A DNA stretch of 20,000 bases from an uncultured virus (IMG/VR IMGVR_UViG_3300013112_000606). Lineage: Duplodnaviria; Heunggongvirae; Uroviricota; Caudoviricetes. Below are positions 7,162-15,000 of this stretch, one piece after another. Both the position numbers and the translations under genes were made by a program. Numbering within the stretch: the first letter of the stretch is position 1; every line of letters begins with the position of its first letter. The notes below the pieces were generated by a model. It did no database searches, had not been told where the DNA came from, and worked only from the letters and a program-made list of their open reading frames with translations. Location of the stretch: IMG/VR virus record IMGVR_UViG_3300013112_000606, one strand, 5' to 3'.

Positions 7162-8054
7162 TGGTTGCCGTCAGCTTCCACGTCATCGACCAGCACGCCG
7201 CCGACGTCGAGGGCCTCGTCATCCGGGTCTACGACGAGGACAACGTCTACCGGCAGGACGAGCAGTCCACGGACGCTGCGGGCCTGGCCAACTTCAACCT
7301 GGCGGCCGGGCGCTGGTACGCGCGCTTCTACGGGGAGCCGGCCGAGGCCACGGTCGAGACCCCGATGGTCTTCACCGTCATCGACCCGGGGACCAACAGC
7401 TTCGAGCTCGAGGTGGCGGTGTTCGAGCACCCGCAGGCTGCGGACCCACGCTACTGCACCCTCTCCGGGTTCTTCCGGGACGGCTCCGGCCGCCCGCAGA
7501 AGGGCCTGCCCATCCACGTCCACACCAAGTGGTCCCCCGCGGTGGCGGCGAACCCCGTGTCCGGGTACCACCCCGACACGATGCACCTCAGCACGGACGA
7601 CGATGGGTATGTCCAGTTCGACATGCTGCGCGGTGCCAAGGTCGACGTCATCTTCGGTCCCATCGCCGACCAGCTCATCGACTGCGAGGTCCCGGACCAG
7701 GCGGCGGTCGACGTCGTGGACTGGATCTTCCCGTGGGTCGCCTCGGTGGCCTACGTCCCACCCGGGCCCCTGGCCATGGTGGTCGGAGACACCCAGAACG
7801 TGGTCCCCTCGGCCGTCCTGACCAACGGGCTCCCCCTCGCGGTGGGGACGGACTGCACCCCCTGGGAGGCCCTGGAGTTCACCTCGTCTGACGAGGATGT
7901 CCTCACGGTGACCCCGGTGGGGACGCACTTCGTGGTCACGGCCGTCGGCGCCGGGGCTGCCACGGTGACCGCCGCCGTCCGCGAGGACGTGTTCATGGAG
8001 CGCCTCCCCCTCCCCACCCTCACGGGGGCCGTCCTGTCTGTCGTGGTGACCTGA
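7161..8054 (+). CDS. Putative virion protein (297 aa) with two prealbumin-like beta-sandwiches and a C-terminal Ig-like (Big_2-type) domain
   Basis: TGATG overlap. STDAAGLANFNL and STDDDGYVQFDM repeats. LEFTSSDEDVLTV...VTAVGAGAATVTA is a typical Big_2 signature. Confidence 0.78.
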   Translation: MVAVSFHVIDQHAADVEGLVIRVYDEDNVYRQDEQSTDAAGLANFNLAAGRWYARFYGEPAEATVETPMVFTVIDPGTNSFELEVAVFEHPQAADPRYCTLSGFFRDGSGRPQKGLPIHVHTKWSPAVAANPVSGYHPDTMHLSTDDDGYVQFDMLRGAKVDVIFGPIADQLIDCEVPDQAAVDVVDWIFPWVASVAYVPPGPLAMVVGDTQNVVPSAVLTNGLPLAVGTDCTPWEALEFTSSDEDVLTVTPVGTHFVVTAVGAGAATVTAAVREDVFMERLPLPTLTGAVLSVVVT

Positions 8055-8443
8055 TGCGCGTGATGTCCAACGGCAGCACCCTCGCCGTCATCGACGGGGA
8101 AACGCGGTCGGTGCAGCTCGTCGAGATGGAGCAGCCCGCACCCCACGTTGCCGAGGTGGACGCCGTCCGGAGCCGCCGGCTCTGGCTGTGTGTCATCCGC
8201 CAGGCCATCCACGACTTCGTGTCCACCAAGGGCTCGGATCGCGTGGAGAAGCGGAAGCTCCACTCCGAGGCAAAGCGGTGGCTGTTCGGCGAGGACGACC
8301 TGACGCTGTCCAACTCCTACGCGTCACTCTGCCTGGAGCTGGGCATCCCAACCAGCCTGGGCAGGCAGTTGGCCCTCGCCATGGACCCCAAGAAGGTGTG
8401 GCGGGTAGAGATGCTGGGGAGGCGGAAGCGTGGCCGCGTATGA
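8054..8443 (+). CDS. Small basic hypothetical protein (129 aa), possibly nucleic-acid-binding or regulatory
   Basis: TGATG overlap. Pattern LWLCVIRQAIHD...EAKRWLF...SYASLCLELGI recalls a widespread uncharacterised phage helical family (from memory). Arg-rich C-terminus. Confidence 0.65.
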   Translation: MRVMSNGSTLAVIDGETRSVQLVEMEQPAPHVAEVDAVRSRRLWLCVIRQAIHDFVSTKGSDRVEKRKLHSEAKRWLFGEDDLTLSNSYASLCLELGIPTSLGRQLALAMDPKKVWRVEMLGRRKRGRV

Positions 8444-10976
8444 CTCCGACAAGCTGGCAGGCTCCCTCGCTCGCGCGCTGACCCCGCAGAACACGCTGCA
8501 GCGCACGCGCTCGGGCACCCCTGCGACCGAGTCGGACTTCTACCGCATCCACGAGGAGGCCTGCACCCTCCTCCTCCTGCAGCCCCAGCTGGCCTACTGG
8601 TTCGCGCACCGGGCGACCAACCAGACCCGGGCGTACCTGCGACAGACTGTCGCGACGCTCGAGACCATCATCATCTCCCTCGTCGACTCCCTGACGCCGG
8701 CGGTCCCCGTGTCCTCCACGGAGTCGCTCACGGCCGCGCTGCAGCACCTGCAGACCGCAGACAGGGTGGCCTCCGTCACCGGCGGATCCACGCGCACGGT
8801 CGAGCACTCCATGTCCCGGGCCCTCGACGAGATCGACGCCTTCTCCAGGGAGCTGCTCCCGAACGTCGCCCCGCGGGTAGGTGGCCGGACGGTGGACACC
8901 GCCTACGCCATCGGCAACGAGGCCATGGAGACGGCTCGGGAGGCCATGGAGACGGCGGACAAGCAGTACCTGCGGCTCAACGAGATGTTGAGCGCCCTGC
9001 GGAGCTCCGTCCCCCAGCTCTCTGTGGAGTCCATGCGCCAGAAGGTCTCCCCCTCGCTGATGCAGCGAGCAGAGGGAGCCGTGGCCAGCGCCATCAGCTA
9101 CTACGACCGCACGGCACCCGAGGAGGCCACGAAGGTGTCGTCGGCGGTGCTCGCCAACCTGCAGGCCTTCTCCACGGGCACCCGCCTGGTCGACGCGGCG
9201 CGGAGCCCCCTGGTCCCGAAGGTGCTCAGCAAGCAGCTGCAGCTGGACGACGCACGGGCGCGCCCCTCTGGCAGCGACCTCCGCCTGGTCCCCGCGGGGG
9301 ACCCTGAGCCCCTCACCGTCGAGCTGACCCCGGCGGATGTCCTCCCGGTGGGGACGACCCTGAGCTACGCGCGTGACGGCGGCCCGGATGTGTCGGTGGC
9401 CATCCCTGGCTCCGGGCTGTGGAGCATGCTGGGCAACACGGACCTGAGCTCGGTGGTGATCCCCAACCCCTCGTACCTGTACGTGGAGCAGGGCGGCACC
9501 CTGACGCCCATCCCACTCACTCCGGGGACCCAGAACATCAACCAGGTGGTGAGCGACATCAACGCGGTCATCCCCGGCTTCGCTTCCCAGTTTGGGAACA
9601 CCGGCAGGCTGTCCCTGGTCAGCACCGCGGAGTTCTCGCTGGCGTCGACGTTCACCTTCGACGCCGTCCCCTCTGTCACCTCCGACACCATCCCGCTCCC
9701 CAGTGGGACCGACTGGCAGAACACTGAGCTGATGGTGGTGGTGTCGGACTCGGCAGGGGTGCACTACCAGTCGCACACGTTCCCCGCCCCATTCACCCCC
9801 GCGGACATCGCGGCCGTGGTGGCGGAGCTGAGCGTGGCCTCCTTCACCGACGACGGGGGGACCCCCGTGCTGTCCGTGAGCAACTCCGGCGACGCCCTCG
9901 TCCTGTCCTCCGTGGAGTCCGGGGGCGTGACCATCACCGTCAACCTGTTCTCCACCGTCATCACGGGCGGGCACCTCCCCTGGACCCACGGGGCGGCCTA
10001 CGGGCGAGGATCCCAGGGGGACGCAGCGGGCACCGTGCTGGGGCTGCTGACCCCCGAGTCGACGGAGCGGACGAACCCACAAGACATCGCGGACGCCGTC
10101 AACGACGCGGACAGCGCCCTCAACGCCTCGCTGACGGAGACGGGGACCGTGCTGGTGCAGGCCGTGAGCCCCACCCTGTCGTCCAGCCTCGAGGTGAAGG
10201 CCAGCACCGGCTCCACCGAGCTCGGGGCCACGCCAGGCCTGACCCGTGCCAGCACGACCCACATGGAGATCCGCGGGGTCGCCGCCGACGGCGCCAGCTC
10301 GGAGACGCACGACCCAGAGCTCCTGGGGGTGCAGGAGGGCGACCGCGTCCGCATCGCCTCGGGGAGCGAGGAGTTCGATGTCAGCGTCGCCTCGGTCAGC
10401 GACGGCGAGATCGTCGTGGCCACGGGGGTCCCGGGTGACCTGGGCGAGTCGAACACGCGCATCGACGACGGTGCCCAGCAGCAGTTCGTCGACATGAGCC
10501 AGTCCCTGCGGCGTGTCCCGGTGTCCCAGATGGGTGTGCGGGGCCCGCGGGAGCTCCGGGACTTCCACCAGCAATGGCTGGCCCGCCTTACGGGGCGCCA
10601 GGCCAGCCCGGGGGATGTCAAGAAGGCCGTCACCGTCTACGTCGGGATCCTCGACGCGCTCACGGACACGCCTGCCCACCCCAGCGAGCTGCAGGAGCGG
10701 CTGGCCCTCCTCAACCTGGCGCTGTCTCCCGTGTCCCCGACGGTCGAGGCCAGCCTGGTGGTGAACGACGCCCCCACCTGGGCGCCAGGCACGGAGGACG
10801 CGGCCAAGGCCATGCTCCAGTCCTTCGAGGAGCGCGGGTACGACCGGGCGGCGGACTTCCTGAGCGAGGGGAGGCTGCTCGACTTCGTAGAACTCACTCC
10901 CCTGCAGGCGTCCCGCTCCGGTAGGGTGGAGGATGCCCTCTACAGCTCGGTCGAGGCCATGAGAGGCAGAACATGA
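8430..10976 (+). CDS. Large putative tail/baseplate-associated protein (848 aa): helical N- and C-termini around a beta-rich core
   Basis: GTG start overlapping the upstream gene and strong GC3. Shares modules with the 1929-aa baseplate protein. Confidence 0.8.
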   Translation: MAAYDSDKLAGSLARALTPQNTLQRTRSGTPATESDFYRIHEEACTLLLLQPQLAYWFAHRATNQTRAYLRQTVATLETIIISLVDSLTPAVPVSSTESLTAALQHLQTADRVASVTGGSTRTVEHSMSRALDEIDAFSRELLPNVAPRVGGRTVDTAYAIGNEAMETAREAMETADKQYLRLNEMLSALRSSVPQLSVESMRQKVSPSLMQRAEGAVASAISYYDRTAPEEATKVSSAVLANLQAFSTGTRLVDAARSPLVPKVLSKQLQLDDARARPSGSDLRLVPAGDPEPLTVELTPADVLPVGTTLSYARDGGPDVSVAIPGSGLWSMLGNTDLSSVVIPNPSYLYVEQGGTLTPIPLTPGTQNINQVVSDINAVIPGFASQFGNTGRLSLVSTAEFSLASTFTFDAVPSVTSDTIPLPSGTDWQNTELMVVVSDSAGVHYQSHTFPAPFTPADIAAVVAELSVASFTDDGGTPVLSVSNSGDALVLSSVESGGVTITVNLFSTVITGGHLPWTHGAAYGRGSQGDAAGTVLGLLTPESTERTNPQDIADAVNDADSALNASLTETGTVLVQAVSPTLSSSLEVKASTGSTELGATPGLTRASTTHMEIRGVAADGASSETHDPELLGVQEGDRVRIASGSEEFDVSVASVSDGEIVVATGVPGDLGESNTRIDDGAQQQFVDMSQSLRRVPVSQMGVRGPRELRDFHQQWLARLTGRQASPGDVKKAVTVYVGILDALTDTPAHPSELQERLALLNLALSPVSPTVEASLVVNDAPTWAPGTEDAAKAMLQSFEERGYDRAADFLSEGRLLDFVELTPLQASRSGRVEDALYSSVEAMRGRT

Positions 10977-11356
10977 CCATCGAGAACGCGACGGAATACG
11001 AGGCGTCTCTCCGCCGGGACCTGTCTCGGGTGTTCAACGCCATCACGTCCCAGGCCGCGACGCAGGCCCTGGCGGACACCACGCTGGACCACCTCATCGT
11101 GTCGGCCCTGCACCAGCTGGACTCCTCCAGCGTGGAGCTCGAGGCCCAGGTGACCTCCCTGGAGGACAAGCCCGCGGCCCAGCAGGAGCTGGGGTGGGTG
11201 GCCGCCCGGGAGGGCCGCCTTCAGGAGCTCGAGGCCCTCAACGACCTGATGGCGGGGACCGAGGGGCAGGATGGCCTTATCAAGCGGGCGGAGGATTGGT
11301 ACCCTACACCCGCAACAGCACAGGGGAATCTGTTCGCTGCCCTCGGAGGAGAATAG
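10973..11356 (+). CDS. Hypothetical acidic helical protein (127 aa)
   Basis: ATGA overlap with the upstream stop; coiled-coil-like composition. Confidence 0.72.
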   Translation: MTIENATEYEASLRRDLSRVFNAITSQAATQALADTTLDHLIVSALHQLDSSSVELEAQVTSLEDKPAAQQELGWVAAREGRLQELEALNDLMAGTEGQDGLIKRAEDWYPTPATAQGNLFAALGGE

Positions 11357-12031
11357 GTGTCGCTCGACCTCCAGTACGTCCAGTATCAGGACCTCATTCC
11401 TGTGGCGAAGGTGGGCTTGATCAGTGGGTACTACCCGGCCGTGTTCGACATCTACGGCAGCGACTTCAGCAGTGTGTCCTCGGTGCTCCTCAATGGTCGG
11501 GAGGCCAAGGAGTACGTCATCCTGAACAATACGCGCCTCGTGGCGCAGATGCCCGACAGCATCGCCGACGCTCCCCTCCGGGAGGTCATGGTCCTCAGCC
11601 AGGGGTTCACCGCGACGGAGCGCAGCCTGCTGCGGTTCCGCATGTCCCGGGGGAACCGACTGGTCAAGGGGATGCCGAAGCTGGTGCAGACGTTCACCAA
11701 GCTGCTGCTCACCAGCCCCGGGTCGGACATCTACGACAAGGAGGCCGGCGGCGGCCTGCTCCAGGTGCTCCACGCGCGAGGAGGCAAGGACGACCGCGCG
11801 CTGTACGCGAGCGCCTTCGCCACCTGCGTGTCCAGGACCCAGGAACAGCTGGTGCGCGCACAGGCCCTGGACCAGTCTCTGCCCCTCGAGGAGAAGCTGA
11901 TGGCGGCCCAGCTGCTGTCGGTCGACTTCGACTCGGAGACGCTCACCGTGTCGGGTAGAATCCGCCTCACGTCCATGGCTGGGCAGGAGGGGCTAGCGAA
12001 TCTGGCGATGGAGTCGAAGGAGGCCGCATGA
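11357..12031 (+). CDS. Baseplate wedge protein, gp25/GpW-like, with an N-terminal IPT/TIG-like extension
   Basis: KLVQTFTKLLLTSPGSDIYDKEAGGGL matches the gp25-type LLTxxGxxxxxxxxGxxL pattern. N-terminal FDIYGSDFSSVSSVLLNG...NNTRLVAQMP is IPT-like. Lies directly upstream of a baseplate-J-like gene. Confidence 0.75.
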   Translation: MSLDLQYVQYQDLIPVAKVGLISGYYPAVFDIYGSDFSSVSSVLLNGREAKEYVILNNTRLVAQMPDSIADAPLREVMVLSQGFTATERSLLRFRMSRGNRLVKGMPKLVQTFTKLLLTSPGSDIYDKEAGGGLLQVLHARGGKDDRALYASAFATCVSRTQEQLVRAQALDQSLPLEEKLMAAQLLSVDFDSETLTVSGRIRLTSMAGQEGLANLAMESKEAA

Positions 12032-15000
12032 CCCCCGAAACCCTGCAGGACTTCGTCGAGCAGCGCCTGCGCGCACTCGACCCGAGCATCGACCTCTCCC
12101 CGGGATCGCCGGCGCAGACCCAGCTCGTCCAGCCACTCCTGGACTTCATGGGCGCGGACCCGTTCTCGATGCCGGTCCAGACCTTCATCCAGGACCGGAT
12201 GGCGCAGGAGTACCCCTCCCTCGACGGTGGCCCCTACAGCGGTGTCCAGGACGTGGCCATCAAGGGCTCCATCCCGGCGCTCGGCGCACTGCGTACCCAG
12301 GTCGACCTCGTCCGGCGGCGACAGTCTGTCGCGAACCCGGCGTCGCTCACCGAGGATGACGTCGACGCTCTCGTGGCCAACTGGTACGTGTCCCGCCGGG
12401 AGGGCGAGAAGGTGCGCGCCCGGGTGCGCGTGTACTACCCGTCCCCCCGCTCGGTGTCTCTGTCCCGCGTCAACCGCTTCTACACGAACTCCGGGCTGAA
12501 CTACTACCCGCCGCACACCCAGACCATCACCGCGGCGCAGATGACCACGCAGCGGACGGGCTCGCTGTACTACGTGGACGTGCTGGTCGAGGCCGAGAAG
12601 CAGGGGACCCAGTACGCCGTGGGCCCCGGCGAGATCTCCAACGTCGTGGGCCTGTCGGATGCCACGAGGGTGACCAACCTGGCGCAGGTGCAGGGTGGCG
12701 CGCCGCGGGAGACCAACGCGGAGGTGCTGGTCCGCACCCGGCGGAGCCTCACCGAGCGGTCCATGGTCAGCGCCCGCGGCATCTTCGCGCGCCTGATGAG
12801 CACCTACCCCTCCATCCGGAACCTCGAGGTCGTCGGCTTCGGGGACCCCGAGATGGGGCGCGACGTCATCACCGGCGGGGGCTACGGCAAGCAGAAGGCC
12901 AGCGGGACCTGCTTCGTCTTCGGCACCTTCTGCCTCCTGCTGACCCAGTACGAGGACCGGGACGTCACCGGGACCGACGCGGTGGAGGTGGGCGACACCA
13001 TCAACCTCAACTACTGGGGGCTGCTGTACGGCCTGCCGGACCACCAGCAGCACGAGACGTTCACCATCACCAACATCGTGTTCAGCAGCCGGAGCGCGGC
13101 ACCGTCCTTCCCCACCATCTACCTGTTCCAGATGAACGGGGAGCCGACGCCCACGTCCACCCTGCTCGGCGGGTTCCCGGGGCTCCTCCCGGCCGTCTTC
13201 GCCTCGGTCACGGGGCCGGGGAAGATCGAGGTGTCCGACATCCCGGGCGGCATCCTGCAGCCCACCACGGAGCGCGGCACCCTCATCGTCGACGACGGGG
13301 AGATCCACATCGGGGGCAAGGCCGACGTGTGGGTGCGTCCGCTGGCGGACAGCGTCTCGTCCTACACCCCGACGCTGGTGGACGAGGCGTCCCCCCTGCT
13401 GAGCCGGACGCTGACCATCGACGGGCTGGGCGCGACGCCCAACATCGTCAGCTCGACGGACCCCACCCTGGACTGGCTGGCTCTGGGCGTGCAGCCCGGG
13501 CACTACCTGGTCATCCTGGACGGCGCCGACGCCGGCACCTACGGCATCCTGCGGGTCAGCCGGGATGAGCTGGTCCTGGACACGGACCTGACCACCACCG
13601 ACTCGGGCCTGTCCTTCCGCATCGCGGATGAGCTGGACCTCGACCTGGTGGATTCCCGCTGGCTCAAGGTCCCCTTCGGCCTGGACGCCCCCGGCGACGA
13701 CCTGGAGACCACGGTCGGCCTGGACACGGTCCGGCTGGGCACCAACCTCCTGACCTTCCAGGTGCAGGAGGGGGACATCCTCCGCATCCTCGAGGGCCCG
13801 GACGAGGGCGACTACGAGATCACCTCCTTCGAGACGGCCCTCGGCGGGGCCGGGCCACAGCTGGACCGGATGCTGACGGCCAGCAACAGCGGGCTCACCT
13901 ACGAGGTGTTCACCGCCTACGGGGGCATCAGCCGCCCCCTCGTGCGGGTGGAGCCGGCCGGGGTCCAGATGCTGGACGCGGCCGGGCAGCCCTCGGACAT
14001 CACCGTCCCGCCGGCGCTCCCCGTGGACGGCCGGAACCCCTCCGGGTTCACCGGCGCCGCCCCGGGCGGCTCGGGGACTCGCGGCTTCGTGATGCCGGAC
14101 CTGACCCCCACCTTCGAGCCCCTCGAGGACGTGATGCGCTCGCGCCTCGAGCTGTTCGGCCTCAACGACCTCATCGCCGGCGAGGTGGCGGGTGTGGGCG
14201 TGTTCCCCAGCACCTCGGCAGAGGTCATCGACCTGCTCAACGCCGTCGTCGGCGGTGGGTGCTACAGCGACGGGTGCCTGCCCTGTGACGGGTACACGGT
14301 CGTGGTGTCCTTCGACTCCGACGGCATCCGACTGCACACGTCCCTGACGCCGGGAATCGCGACGTACTGGAACACGATCCTGGACTGGTTCCAGGACACC
14401 TTCAATGCCTTCTTCCCGAGCCAGCCGGTGGTCGCCCCTGAGATGGACGAGGACGGCATCTTCGTCCCGTGGCCCAGTGCCATGGACCCGGCGGATGCGG
14501 CACCCACGCTCATGCAGTTCGAGCTGTGCCTCCCGGCCGAGTTCTTCAACTGCTGCAACGACATCTTCATGGCCTTCCCCGAGTTCAGCGTGGAGGAGGT
14601 CGCCGCCATCCTGGGGACCATCAACGCGGCCAACTGGCCCGACAAGCTGTCCGAGCTGTCCGTGGCCCTGGACGCCGCGGCCGAGTCCCCCCTGTGCAGT
14701 GCCGAGCCGGGGGACGTGCTGACCATCGCCTCCGGCCCCAACGCTGGTGGGTACGCGGTGCGTGACCTGCACCAGTTCGTCCTGGCCGTCCCCATCGAGC
14801 CTCTCGACGAGGACGCGGACGACGTGCTGGCCCCGGGAGGGACCATCACGCTGCAGAGCTACCAGAACTTCCTCAACCAGTTCTGGGGGCAGGTGACCAT
14901 TTGCGCGGTGAGCATCCGCGGCGAGTTCGCCATCGGTCCCTGCGGTGCCTTCTGGGACCTGTTCCAGGAGGGCCTGCCGGATCTGCCGGACCTGCCCGAG

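Noticed and set aside
8430..8480. DSDKLAGS at the N-terminus of the 848-aa protein as another copy of the tag
   Set aside because: It has KLA but lacks the FxDEL part, and the protein is an acidic structural type, so chance is likely.
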